Positions 9,533 through 19,311 of a stretch of DNA of 43,085 nucleotides are shown in pieces (position 1 is the first letter of the stretch; each line of letters starts with the position of its first letter). Where the stretch lies: positions 1 to 43,085 of the forward strand of contig JAJYDH010000001.1 of NCBI GenBank assembly GCA_021777685.1, given 5' to 3'. Under the pieces are notes generated by a model, which was not told the DNA's origin, searched no databases, and saw only the letters and a program-made list of their open reading frames with translations. Position numbers and translations under genes: made by a program. The stretch comes from Planctomycetota bacterium (GTDB lineage: Bacteria; Planctomycetota; Planctomycetia; Isosphaerales; Isosphaeraceae).

Positions 9533-9569
9533 ACGCCTCCGGTAAGATCACGATGAAAGGGGGATTCTC

Positions 9570-10052
9570 ATGGCACACGCGATTCCCGATGGCCTGCACG
9601 CGATCGTCCCGCACCTCGTCGTCAAGGGCGCGTCCGAGGCGATCGAATTCTACAAGCGTGCCTTCGGCGCGGTCGAGCATTGCCGAATCCCGGACCAGTC
9701 GCCCGCCGGCGCGAACCGGCTGATGCACGCCTCCGTGCAGATCGGCGATTCGAGGCTCTACCTGGTCGACGAGATGCCCGAGCACGGCTGTCTCGGGCCG
9801 AACGGCTCCTCGCCGGTGACGATCCACCTGAACGTGACGGACGTCGACGCCACGTTCGAGCGGGCCGTCGAGGCCGGCGCGACGCCGATCATGCCCCCGG
9901 CGGACATGTTCTGGGGAGACCGCTATGGCCGGCTGATCGACCCCTTCGGCCACCACTGGTCGATGGCCGAGCATGTGGAGGACCTCTCCCCCGAGCAGAT
10001 GCGGGCCAACATGGCCGAGGCGTGCCGCAAGGAGCCCTGCGAGGTGGGCTGA
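9570..10052 (+). CDS. VOC/glyoxalase/bleomycin-resistance (PhnB-like) family protein
   Basis: AIEFYKRAFGA, MHA.V.IG and MFWGDRYG.L.DPFGH.W motifs. Confidence 0.92.
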   Translation: MAHAIPDGLHAIVPHLVVKGASEAIEFYKRAFGAVEHCRIPDQSPAGANRLMHASVQIGDSRLYLVDEMPEHGCLGPNGSSPVTIHLNVTDVDATFERAVEAGATPIMPPADMFWGDRYGRLIDPFGHHWSMAEHVEDLSPEQMRANMAEACRKEPCEVG

Positions 10053-10395
10053 GATGGATGCAGGCCGGCGAGAGATCTCACGCACATTGCAAGTGCGGCG
10101 ATGACTTGTGTTCCGGGCCTCCGAATCACAAGATAAAGGTTCCCGGCCCATCCGCTCGATGTTTCTGGTGCGTCGGCGGGTCGGGCCGGGACCAATCGGC
10201 CGCCGGGCACGAAGGACGATCGCGGAATTCCGGACGATCCGCCAGGACCCTCACGACGGTCAGGCTCGTCGTCTCGAAGATCGATCGCTCGGCATGAGGT
10301 TCGCCCACGAATGGAGTCACCCGGCGGGAAATGCCGGTTCCGTCAGGACCGCGTCCGGACCAGGAAGTTCGTCCGGATGCCGGGAGTGCTTCGAC

Positions 10396-10518
10396 ATGCT
10401 CCTCACTCTCCGCCGCTTTGTCGTCACACTTGCCATCGTCGTCCTGGGCCTCTCGGGCTGCTCCTCGCCGCTGAAGTCCGTCAAGAGTACGCCCGCCTCG
10501 AACGAGCACACGGCCTGA
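10396..10518 (+). CDS. 40-aa small lipoprotein
   Basis: MLLTLRRFVVTLAIVVLGLSGC-SSPLKSVKSTPASNEHTA: basic n-region, h-region, LSGC lipobox; GGGAG RBS. Confidence 0.7.
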   Translation: MLLTLRRFVVTLAIVVLGLSGCSSPLKSVKSTPASNEHTA

Positions 10519-10633
10519 TCTGTCGGCGACCTTAACCACGCCATGCCCGCCCCGATCCATCCGAGCGATCTCGATCCCACCGGGGACGGACCCCTGGGGT
10601 AGACCTGCCGAATAAATCGCAATCCCGACGCTG

Positions 10634-10698
10634 GCGAGCTTTGAAAGCGCCCCGACGACCCCGACTCCCCGCGAGGGGAGCGGGCGTCGGAAGCTCGC
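10634..10698. terminator. Long stem-loop with GCGA (GNRA) tetraloop between convergent genes
   Basis: gcgagctt/aagctcgc, ccgacg/cgtcgg and ctcccc-gcga-ggggag nested stems. Confidence 0.45.
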
Positions 10699-10716
10699 TT
10701 GGGCCGGGGCGGGCGG

Positions 10717-11661
10717 TCAGACACCGTCGAGGTGATCGGAGCATGCCCGCCTCGCCCGCTCGATGTCGAGCCTGATCTGAGGGAGCAGGTCATCCAGGCC
10801 GGCGAACTTGCGGGTGGGGCGGAGCATGTCGATCAGGTCCAGCTCGACGGTCCGGCCGTAGAGGTCTCCCGAGAAGTCGATCAGGTGGGCCTCGACCGTC
10901 CGGGCCCGTTCGCCGAACGTGGCGTTGGGCCCGATGTGGACGGCGGTCGGATGGCGGCCGGGCCGTCCTTCGATGTGGGCGAGTGCGGCGTACACGCCGT
11001 CGAGCGGGATGAGAGTCTCGATTCTCGCGAGGTTGGCGGTCGGCACGCCGATCCCGGCGCCTCGGCCGGCGCCGTGGATGACCGTCCCTCCGATCCGGTG
11101 CGGATGGCCCAGGAGGCGAGCAGCCTCGTCGACGGCCCCTTCGGCGAGGGCCTTTCGGACCCGGGTCGATGAGACGATCGTGCCGTCGACCTCGGTCGGC
11201 GAGGCGACCTCGAAGTCGAGGCCGGCCTCGGCGCACCACGAGCCGAGGAGCGCGGCGTCTCCTCCGCGATCGCGGCCGAAGCCGAATGTGGGCCCTTCGA
11301 CCATCCCCCGGGCTCCGAGCTGGCCGAGGATGACGCGGTCGAAGAACTCGCGGGCGGTCAGGCCCAGGAGCCACGGGCCCGTCTTGAAGATGCCGACCTC
11401 GTTGGCGCCGGCGGCCCGCATCAGGTCGAGCCGTCGGTCGAGCCGCGTGAGCGGGACGGGGGCGGCATCGGGCCTGAGGACGGCGACGGGTGGCGGGTCG
11501 AAGGTCAGGGCGAGCGCCGGAGCGCCGGCGGCGTCGGCCCGGCTCCGGAGTCGGGAGATCAGGTGCGCATGCCCCCGGTGGACGCCGTCGAAGTTGCCCA
11601 CCGCCACGAAAGCCCCGCGGGCCTCCTCGGGGACGTCTTCGAAATCTTCGAGCGTGATCAC
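10717..11661 (-). CDS. ribF: Bifunctional riboflavin kinase/FAD synthetase
   Basis: GNFDGVHRGH, TFDPPP, FGFG, VSSTRVR, G.GRG..IG.PTAN and VEAHLIDF.GDLYG motifs. Start could be 11700. Confidence 0.96.
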   Translation of the reverse strand: MITLEDFEDVPEEARGAFVAVGNFDGVHRGHAHLISRLRSRADAAGAPALALTFDPPPVAVLRPDAAPVPLTRLDRRLDLMRAAGANEVGIFKTGPWLLGLTAREFFDRVILGQLGARGMVEGPTFGFGRDRGGDAALLGSWCAEAGLDFEVASPTEVDGTIVSSTRVRKALAEGAVDEAARLLGHPHRIGGTVIHGAGRGAGIGVPTANLARIETLIPLDGVYAALAHIEGRPGRHPTAVHIGPNATFGERARTVEAHLIDFSGDLYGRTVELDLIDMLRPTRKFAGLDDLLPQIRLDIERARRACSDHLDGV

Positions 11662-11902
11662 CGACCCTTGTCCCCCGGCCGTTCGGGCCCGATGCGCCAC
11701 CCTCGCTCATTCGAAGGCGGCGAGACCCGGATTATCGCCGTCGCGACCCGGCCCGGTCAATGCCGCGCGGGGCCGGGGGGCCGACACCGGTTTTGACGAT
11801 CCGGGCCGGATATGTTACGAAATCGGGCAGACCGGCGTTCGGCTCGCCATCCAATGGCTGTCGAGGAGGCCCGGCCGCGAGGGGTCTCGACGGGAGCCGG
11901 GC

Positions 11903-12700
11903 TTGGCCAGCGACTTGATCTTACAATTCGGCTACTTCGGGATCTTCCTCGTCCTGGTCCTGGGCGGGCTGGGCCTGCCCGTGCCCGAAGAGGCGCCGAT
12001 CATCCTGGCGGCCATCCTCGCCCGCAAGGGCACGATGCACTGGGTTCCCGCGCTGGTGTCGTGCTTCGCCGGCGTGCTCGTGGGCGACTTCGTCGTCTAT
12101 TTCCTGGGCTTCTTCTACGGCGAGAAGGTCCTGAGCCTGCCGCTGACCCGGAAATTCCTGACGAGGGAACGAGAGTCGCAGATCAAGGGGTATTTCCACC
12201 GGCACGGGGTCAAGATCCTGATCCTCGGCCGGTTCGCCGTCGGCTTCCGCACGGCGGCGTACCTGACGGCGGGCATCCTCCGACTTCCGACGCTCAAGCT
12301 CTTCCTGACGGACCTCTTCGCCGCGTCGATCAGCACTTTCCTGATGTTCGGCCTGGGCTACGCCTTCGCCAGCCAGGTCGAGGAGGGTTTCCGGGAACTC
12401 AAGCACTACATCACCCCGGCCATCGCCCTGTCGGGGGCGATCTGGTGGCTGCATCACTACGTCAAGGCCCGGATCAGGGCCGGTCGGGCGGTCGGGCCGC
12501 CGGTCCTGGTCTCCGAGGACGTCCCCCTGCCCCCCGATGATCTGCATGTCAAGCCCAGGACTCCGCCGGAGCCCGGAGAGGCCGAGCCTGTCGAGGGGGC
12601 CGGGCCCCCCCCGGTCCCGCCGATCTTCGACGACGCCCCGCCCGAGGCCGAGCCCTCCCTCACGCCTCAACCCGCGCTCTCGCCCGAGCGTCGGGCTTGA
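11903..12700 (+). CDS. DedA family membrane protein with Pro-rich C-tail
   Basis: GLPVPEE, GD..VY.LG and GRFAVGFR motifs; TTG start with GGGAG RBS. Confidence 0.9.
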   Translation: MASDLILQFGYFGIFLVLVLGGLGLPVPEEAPIILAAILARKGTMHWVPALVSCFAGVLVGDFVVYFLGFFYGEKVLSLPLTRKFLTRERESQIKGYFHRHGVKILILGRFAVGFRTAAYLTAGILRLPTLKLFLTDLFAASISTFLMFGLGYAFASQVEEGFRELKHYITPAIALSGAIWWLHHYVKARIRAGRAVGPPVLVSEDVPLPPDDLHVKPRTPPEPGEAEPVEGAGPPPVPPIFDDAPPEAEPSLTPQPALSPERRA

Positions 12701-12765
12701 CCGGGCGGGTCGAAGGCTGATACGTTCCCGGTCCTCCTACGAGCCAACATCGCGAGAGCGCACGG

Positions 12766-14076
12766 ATGAGCTTCCCCCCGATCGCCCGAGTCCGCCAGGT
12801 CCACGACCAGCCCGAGGTCGGCGACGTCCCCCGGGCGGTCGCCGACGCCATCCGGTCGAGCCGGATCGGCGGGCGGGTCAAGCCGGGGGGCTCGATCGCC
12901 CTGACGGTCGGCAGTCGGGGGATCGCCGGGATCGACCGGATCGCCCGGGCGGCCGTGGACGCCCTCAAGGGGCTCGGCCTGGCCCCGTTCGTCGTCGCGG
13001 CGATGGGCAGCCACGGAGGCGGCACCGCCGAGGGGCAGCGGGCGATGCTCGCCGAGTTCGGCGTGACCGAGGACGCGCTCGGCTGCCCGATCCGGTCCGA
13101 GATGGAGACCACCATCCTCGGCACCAACTCCTTCGGCCTGCCGATCCACTTCGACCGGAACGCTTTCGGGGCGGATGGGATCGTCCTGCTCAACCGGATC
13201 AAGCCGCATACGTCGTTCACCGGCCGGTACGAGAGCGGCCTGCTCAAGATGCTCACAATCGGCCTGGGCAAGCACCAGGGGGCGGAACAGGTCCACAAGC
13301 TCGGCCTGCCGGGATTGCGCAAGCTATTGCCCGAGGTCGGGGCATACCTCCTGGAAAAGACATCGGTGGTCCTCGGGGTCGCCCTGCTGGAGAACGCCGA
13401 GGAGCGCACGGCGCGGGTGGTCGGCGTCGAGCCGGAAGAACTCCTCGAAGTCGAGCCGAAGCTGCTGGACGAGGCCCGGACCTTGATGGCCCGGCTGCCG
13501 TTCGACCAGATCGACGTCCTGATCGTCGGCGAGCTGGGCAAGAATTACAGCGGGACCGGGCTCGACCCCAACGTGATCGGCCGGCAGAGGGTCGAGACGA
13601 TGCCCGACCTGCCCCGGCCGGTCGTCACCAGGCTGGCGGTGCTGGACCTCTCGGCCGAGACCCGGGGGAACGCCACCGGGATCGGCCTGGCCGACCTGAC
13701 CACGGACCGGCTCGTCGCCGCGATCGACCCGAAGCCGATGCGGGTCAACTGCATGACGTCCAACTTCCTGACCCGGGCCAGGGTCCCGCTCAGCCTGCCC
13801 ACCGACCGCGACGTCCTGGCCGCGTGCCTGGACACCTGCTGGCGGGTCGACCCGGCCGAGGCCCGGATGGTCATCATCCCGAACACGCTGGAACTCGCCC
13901 AGATGTGGGTCACGCGACCTCTCGCCGACGAGGCCAAGGCGAGCCCTTGGCTTCGGTTCGAGACCGACTTCCGGCCGATCCCGCTCGACGAGGGCGGGGC
14001 GCTGGACCAGGAGTCGCTGTTCCCGGAGAGCGTCAGGGGTCGACGCTCGACATCTCTCGTCGGCGTGGGCGGCTGA
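12766..14076 (+). CDS. Lactate racemase (LarA/DUF2088)-domain protein, putative nickel-pincer-dependent isomerase
   Basis: GSRGI, AMGSHGGGTAEGQ, NRIKPHT, ESGLLKM..IGLGK, GKNYSG.G.D.NV.GR and GNA.G.GLAD motifs. Confidence 0.8.
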   Translation: MSFPPIARVRQVHDQPEVGDVPRAVADAIRSSRIGGRVKPGGSIALTVGSRGIAGIDRIARAAVDALKGLGLAPFVVAAMGSHGGGTAEGQRAMLAEFGVTEDALGCPIRSEMETTILGTNSFGLPIHFDRNAFGADGIVLLNRIKPHTSFTGRYESGLLKMLTIGLGKHQGAEQVHKLGLPGLRKLLPEVGAYLLEKTSVVLGVALLENAEERTARVVGVEPEELLEVEPKLLDEARTLMARLPFDQIDVLIVGELGKNYSGTGLDPNVIGRQRVETMPDLPRPVVTRLAVLDLSAETRGNATGIGLADLTTDRLVAAIDPKPMRVNCMTSNFLTRARVPLSLPTDRDVLAACLDTCWRVDPAEARMVIIPNTLELAQMWVTRPLADEAKASPWLRFETDFRPIPLDEGGALDQESLFPESVRGRRSTSLVGVGG

Positions 14077-14079
14077 GCG

Positions 14080-14751
14080 ATGGGCCCATCGACGATCATC
14101 CGAGGCGTCGTCTTCGACCTCGACGGGCTGTTGTTCGACACCGAGGCCCTGTTCTTCCGGGTCGCGTCGGAGATGCTCCGCGACCGGGGCAAGGTGTTCA
14201 CGGTCGAGATCATGCGGGCGATGATCGGCCGTCAGCCGGCCGAGTCCGGCCTGGCCTTCAAGACGATGGCCGGCCTGGATGACGCGCCCGAGGCCCTGAT
14301 GGCCGAGGCGAAACGGCGATTCGAGGCCCTGATCGACACGGCCGTCCGCCCGATGCCCGGCCTGATCGCTCTGCTGGCGCACCTGGAAAGGCTCGACCTG
14401 CCGCTCGCGGTCGGGACCTCGTCGGGCAGGGAGTACGCCGAGCGTCTGTTGCGAAATCACCGGCTCCGCGACCGGTTCGCGGCCGTGCTCTGCCGCGAGG
14501 ATGTGGCCCGGCACAAGCCCGACCCGGAGATCTATCGGACGGCGGCCGAGAGGCTGGGCGCCGAGCCCGCGTCGGTCCTCGTCCTGGAGGACACGCCGAC
14601 CGGCCTGGCCGCCGCGAAGGCCGCCGGCACGTTCGCCGTGGGCGTCCCGCACGACCACAGCCCGGCCTCCGACCTGGCCGCCGCCGACCTCATCGTCGCG
14701 TCCCTGGATGACCCGGCGTTGCTGGCCCGGCTCGACCGGGGGCGGGTCTAA
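14080..14751 (+). CDS. HAD-superfamily phosphatase (subfamily IA, variant 3)
   Basis: FDLDG.L.DTE, GTSS, KPDPEIY and EDTPTG motifs. Confidence 0.92.
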   Translation: MGPSTIIRGVVFDLDGLLFDTEALFFRVASEMLRDRGKVFTVEIMRAMIGRQPAESGLAFKTMAGLDDAPEALMAEAKRRFEALIDTAVRPMPGLIALLAHLERLDLPLAVGTSSGREYAERLLRNHRLRDRFAAVLCREDVARHKPDPEIYRTAAERLGAEPASVLVLEDTPTGLAAAKAAGTFAVGVPHDHSPASDLAAADLIVASLDDPALLARLDRGRV

Positions 14752-14761
14752 TTTTCGATCG

Positions 14762-15478
14762 ATGGCTTTGAGATTCCCGATGAAACTGCCCTTCGCGGAA
14801 GGTCGACCCTGGCTGCCCTACGTCGCCCCGATGGCGACGTTCCTCCTGTTAACTTCGGTCGAGGACTATCTGCCGAAGGCGAGCAACGCGCCCCATTCCG
14901 CCTATTATCCGGCCTATTACGCGATCAAGATCGCCGTGGTGTCGGTTGTCTGCTGGCTGGGCCGTTGGAGCTGGCGAGACCTCCAGCCGTGGCCCGGGGC
15001 GGTGTCGACGGCGCTGGCGGTCGGCCTGGGCTCGTTGGTGACGGTCGCGTGGGTGGGCCTCGACGGGCTGTATCCGACGTTCGGCGGCGTCGGGACGCGG
15101 GCCGCGTTCGACCCGAATGTGCTCACCCCGGCCGGGAAGGTCGGTTTCCTGGCCGTGCGGATGTTCGGCCTGGTCCTGGTGGTGCCCCTGTTCGAAGAGC
15201 TGTTCTGGAGGTCGTTCGTCGTCCGCTGGATCATCGACCCGGACCACTTTCAGGACGTGCCGATCGGCCGGGTGACGCCGATGGCCGGTGCCATCACCGC
15301 CGCCCTCTTCGCCGTCGAGCATCCCGCCGAATGGCTCCCGGCCTTGATGACCGGCGCGGCCTGGGCGTGGCTGCTCCACCGGACGAAGAGCGTCTCGGCC
15401 TGCTTCATCAGCCACGCGGTCGCAAATCTCGGGCTGGGGATTTACGTGCTGAGCAAGGGGGCCTGGAAGTTCTGGTGA
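14762..15478 (+). CDS. CAAX prenyl protease-related (CPBP/Abi) intramembrane protease
   Basis: EELFWRS, FAVEH and HAVAN motifs; alternative start at 14780. Confidence 0.88.
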   Translation: MALRFPMKLPFAEGRPWLPYVAPMATFLLLTSVEDYLPKASNAPHSAYYPAYYAIKIAVVSVVCWLGRWSWRDLQPWPGAVSTALAVGLGSLVTVAWVGLDGLYPTFGGVGTRAAFDPNVLTPAGKVGFLAVRMFGLVLVVPLFEELFWRSFVVRWIIDPDHFQDVPIGRVTPMAGAITAALFAVEHPAEWLPALMTGAAWAWLLHRTKSVSACFISHAVANLGLGIYVLSKGAWKFW

Positions 15479-15574
15479 AGCCGCTCACGGATGGTCGTTG
15501 GGATCAACGACGTCGAGCCCTTCGGCCAGGGCGGCGGCGTTCAATTCGCGGTCGGAGGAGACCGGGGCCTGGGA

Positions 15575-15643
15575 AAGGTGGGCAGCATCCACACCACATA
15601 AAGCATTTGATATCAATCTCGTAGGGTGAACACTGCCCACCTT
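15575..15643. repeat. Degenerate inverted REP doublet (REPIN-like), GTAG family
   Basis: Perfect 11-bp IR aaggtgggcag (15575-85) / ctgcccacctt (15633-43). The right unit GTAGGGTGAACACTGCCCACC has a GTAG foot. AT-rich 23-bp spacer. Confidence 0.6.
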
Positions 15644-15674
15644 GACAGGACAATGAATTAGAATTGATGGACCA

Positions 15675-18173
15675 TTACCTATTCTGATCAAGGTCCAGCC
15701 CGGCCAGCAGGCTCGATCGCGCGACGACCGTGACCGAGCTGAGCGACATGGCCACGGCGGCGATGAGCGGGCCGTAGGTCCCGAACAGGCCGAGGGCGGC
15801 TAGCGGGATTCCGATCGTGTTGTAGGCGAAGGCCCAGAAGAGGTTCTGACGGATCGCGCGGAGGGTCGCCCGGCCGAGACGGAGGGCCCTCGGGACGGCG
15901 AGCAGGTCGTCGGCGGCGATCACCACGTCGGCGACGGCCTTGGCCAGGTCGGTCCCGGTCCCGAGCGCGATCCCGACGTCGGCCGAGGCGAGCGCAGGGG
16001 CGTCGTTCAGGCCGTCGCCGACCATCGCCACCCGCCCCCCTCGGGCCTTGAACTCGGCCAGCTTCGCGGCCTTGCCGTCGGGCAGGACCGAGGCGATGAC
16101 GTGGGCGGCGTCGAGGCCGACCTCCGAGCCGATCGCCAGGGCGGTCTCGGCGTTGTCGCCGGTCAAAAGGTAGACCTCGGCGCCCATCCGGCGGACCCGG
16201 TCGATCGCCTCGCGGGCGTGGGGTTTGACCGCGTCCGCCAGTGCGATGGCTCCGACGGCCCGGCCGTCGGCCGCCACCAGGATCACGGTCTTGGCTTTGT
16301 TCTCCCAGGATCGGGCCGTCTCGTCCAGCGAGGTCGTCTCGACGCCCGACTCGGCCAGGAAGCGGGCCGAGCCGACGAGCACCGCGACCCCGTCGACCTT
16401 CGCGGCGACGCCCCCGCCCCGGACCGCGCGAAAGTCCTCGACCCGTCCCGTCCCGCGAGAACCGGCCAGGGCCCGGGCGAGCGGATGCTCGCTGCCGGAC
16501 TCGGCCCCGGCGGCGAGGCAGAGCAGGCGGTCGCGATCGAATCCCTCGACGGTGTGGACGTCCACCACGCTGGGCTTCCCCTCGGTGACGGTGCCCGTCT
16601 TGTCCAGGACGACGGTATTCAGCCCGTCCATCCGCTCGAACGCCGACGCCTCGCGGACGAGCAGGCCGGCGCGGGCGCCTCGGCCGGTGGCGACCGCGAC
16701 GGCCATCGGCGTGGCCAGGCCGAGGGCGCAGGGGCAGGCGATGATCAGCACGGCCGCCGCGTTCACGACCCCCTGCCCCCAATCGTGACCCATCAGGCCC
16801 CACCCCAGGAGCGTCAGCAGGGCCACGCCGAGAACGGCCGGGACGAACCGCGCGGAGATCGCGTCGGCCAGCCTCTGAATCCCGGCCTTGGAGCTTTGCG
16901 CCTCGCGGACCAGGCGGACGATCCCCTCCAGGGCGCTCTCGCGGCCCAGGCGGCCGGCCTCGACGAGCAATGTCCCGTCGACGTTGCGGGTCGCCCCGGC
17001 CACGCGATCGCCGGTGCTCTTGGTGACGGGTTTCGACTCGCCGGTGAGCATCGACTCGTCGACGCTCGACTCCCCCTCGATCACCCGGCCGTCGACCGGG
17101 ACCGCCTCGCCGGGCCGGACGCGGACGACCTCGCCGGCGCGGACGTCGGCCAGGGGGATCTCGACCTCGGAGCCGTCGCGAATCACCCTCGCGGTCTTCG
17201 GGGCCAGGTCGAGCAGCCGTTCGATCGCCGCCCCCGCCGAGCCCTTCGATCGGACTTCCAGGAACTTCCCGAGGGTGATCAAAGTCAGGATGATACCCGC
17301 GTCCATGAACGAGTGGGCGTCGTGCGAGTGCCCCATCAGCAGCCGGGCCAGGCTGTAGCCGAAGGCGGTCGAGGTGCCCAGGGCGATCAGCGTGTCCATG
17401 TTCGACGAACCTTGCTTCAGCCGCTCCCATGCCCCGCGCAAATAGGGTCCTCCCAGGTAGATTTGCAGGACGCTCGCCAGGCCGAACATCGTCCAGCCGA
17501 TCGCGAGAGAATGGCGGGCGAGGCCCGACGAGAGCCACGGAGCATAGCCGAGCACGACCAGCGGGAACGTCAGGACGATCCCGACCACGAGCCGATTCCG
17601 CCAGTAGGCGACCTGATCGGCCCGCTCGCGACGGAGCGATTCGGCCCCCTCGCCGATGACCAACTCGGCCCGTCGGGCGGTGTACCCGGCGCGGGCGACA
17701 GCGTCGGCGAGCTGGGCCTCGGTGACGCGAGATGGGTCGACCCGGACGCCCGCCCGCTCGGTCGCGAGGTTCACCCGGGCCGTCTCGACGCCCGGGACGT
17801 CGCCGAGCGCCCCCTCGACCCTCGACACGCAACTCGCGCAATGCATCCCGCCGATGGCCAGGTTCCACTCCTCGGCCTTGGCCGGCTTCGAGGGGGATGG
17901 GGCGGGCTTCATTGGCGAGATCGTCACCAGGTTCAGGGGCGTGGCCGGCCCCTCCGCAGGGACGCTGTAGCCGGCCGACTCGACGGCCCGGACGAGCTTC
18001 GAGCGGTCAAAACCGGAGGGATCGACGGCGACCTCGGCCCGCTTCCGCACCAGGTCGACCTGCGCCGATCTCACGCCGGGGACGCCTTCGAGGGCGCGTC
18101 GGACGGTGCCCACGCAGTGGTCGCAGGTCATCCCTTCGACCGGGATCATCAGGTTTTCGGTGGCATGAGTCAT
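15675..18173 (-). CDS. copA: Cu(I)-translocating P1B-type ATPase with two N-terminal HMA domains
   Basis: [45 protein letters not shown] and MSLSS motifs. Confidence 0.93.
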   Translation of the reverse strand: MTHATENLMIPVEGMTCDHCVGTVRRALEGVPGVRSAQVDLVRKRAEVAVDPSGFDRSKLVRAVESAGYSVPAEGPATPLNLVTISPMKPAPSPSKPAKAEEWNLAIGGMHCASCVSRVEGALGDVPGVETARVNLATERAGVRVDPSRVTEAQLADAVARAGYTARRAELVIGEGAESLRRERADQVAYWRNRLVVGIVLTFPLVVLGYAPWLSSGLARHSLAIGWTMFGLASVLQIYLGGPYLRGAWERLKQGSSNMDTLIALGTSTAFGYSLARLLMGHSHDAHSFMDAGIILTLITLGKFLEVRSKGSAGAAIERLLDLAPKTARVIRDGSEVEIPLADVRAGEVVRVRPGEAVPVDGRVIEGESSVDESMLTGESKPVTKSTGDRVAGATRNVDGTLLVEAGRLGRESALEGIVRLVREAQSSKAGIQRLADAISARFVPAVLGVALLTLLGWGLMGHDWGQGVVNAAAVLIIACPCALGLATPMAVAVATGRGARAGLLVREASAFERMDGLNTVVLDKTGTVTEGKPSVVDVHTVEGFDRDRLLCLAAGAESGSEHPLARALAGSRGTGRVEDFRAVRGGGVAAKVDGVAVLVGSARFLAESGVETTSLDETARSWENKAKTVILVAADGRAVGAIALADAVKPHAREAIDRVRRMGAEVYLLTGDNAETALAIGSEVGLDAAHVIASVLPDGKAAKLAEFKARGGRVAMVGDGLNDAPALASADVGIALGTGTDLAKAVADVVIAADDLLAVPRALRLGRATLRAIRQNLFWAFAYNTIGIPLAALGLFGTYGPLIAAVAMSLSSVTVVARSSLLAGLDLDQNR

Positions 18174-18427
18174 CGGCCGGGCCCTGCTCGGGGTCGATCG
18201 TCGCGTCTTTTCCCCATTCTTCGCGGGCGAGGGGCCCGGGCCAAGGGCGAGCCGTGGGCTCTCGCTTGCCCGGGGAGATTCGAGCGGTTATCGTGCAGAG
18301 GCCCGGACAGGCATGGCGCCCTGTTTCTCTCCGACCACCCGATCGTCCGACGATCCTCGGCGGCCTTCCCCGGCCGAGGGATGTCCCGTCGACGCCTTCG
18401 CCCGTTTCTTCGATGGAGGACCGCCCG

Positions 18428-19306
18428 ATGCCCGACCGCCCCCTCGAAGACGCCGATGACGAGAGAGACCCCGAATCGCTGCCGATCCTCTACGAGGACG
18501 AGGACGTCGACGAGGAGATGGACCTCGGCGAGGAGTCGATCGGCGACGAGCCCCGGACCATCCTGATCACCGGGGCGTCGGGCAACATCGGCCGCAAGCT
18601 CCGGGCCGCCTGGGACGACGTCTACGACCTCGTCCTGATCGATGTCGACGCCGACCCGGCGGACCCCGAGATCGTGGCCGCCGACCTGTCGGAGTTCGAC
18701 GAGGGGTGGATGGGCCTCTTCCACGGCGTCGACACGGTGATCCACCTGGCCGCGACCCCGGACGAGCATTCGAGCTGGGAAGATCTGGTCGCGCCCAACA
18801 TGGACGCCGCGTGCAACGTCTTCCACGCGGCGGCACTGGCCGGGGTCGAGCGGATCATCTTCGCCAGCTCGAACCACGCCATGAGCGGCTATCGGGGGCT
18901 CGGCGACATCGCCATCACCGTCGACCTCCCCCCCCGGCCCGGCAATCCCTACGGCGCGGCGAAGCTGATGGCCGAGCGGCTGGGAAAGAGCCTCTCGGGC
19001 GTCTTCGACCTCACGTTCGTCGCCCTCAGGCTCGGCTGGGTCCAGTCCGGCGAGAACCGGCCCGAGACCCTGCCCGACGAGTGGAACAAGGAACTCTGGC
19101 TCTCCAACGGCGACCTGATCCGCCTGTTCGACCGTGCGGTCGAGGCCGACCTCGGCGACCGCTCGTTCGTCGTCGTCAACGGGATGTCGAAGAACCACGG
19201 GACCCGCTGGGACCTCGCCGACTCGTTCGAGGCGATCGGCTACACCCCGAAGGACGACTCCTTCGCCGAGGATACCCGCCATCCCGGACCCCGGAGCCTC
19301 GGTTGA
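18428..19306 (+). CDS. NAD-dependent epimerase/dehydratase (extended SDR, uronate-dehydrogenase-like)
   Basis: TGASGNIG, HLAA, FASSNHA, YGAAK and LRLG motifs; GGAGGA RBS. Confidence 0.88.
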   Translation: MPDRPLEDADDERDPESLPILYEDEDVDEEMDLGEESIGDEPRTILITGASGNIGRKLRAAWDDVYDLVLIDVDADPADPEIVAADLSEFDEGWMGLFHGVDTVIHLAATPDEHSSWEDLVAPNMDAACNVFHAAALAGVERIIFASSNHAMSGYRGLGDIAITVDLPPRPGNPYGAAKLMAERLGKSLSGVFDLTFVALRLGWVQSGENRPETLPDEWNKELWLSNGDLIRLFDRAVEADLGDRSFVVVNGMSKNHGTRWDLADSFEAIGYTPKDDSFAEDTRHPGPRSLG

Positions 19307-19311
19307 ACGCC

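Noticed and set aside
10077-10100. tcacgcaca resembling the start of a c-di-GMP-I riboswitch
   Set aside because: Lacks the GGCAAA/GAAA-tetraloop P2 stem and the GCAAAG core.
15591-15618. dif-like pattern ACACCACATAA-AGCATT-TGATATCAATC
   Set aside because: Only about half of the positions match the E. coli dif arms, and the sequence is better explained as part of the REP doublet.
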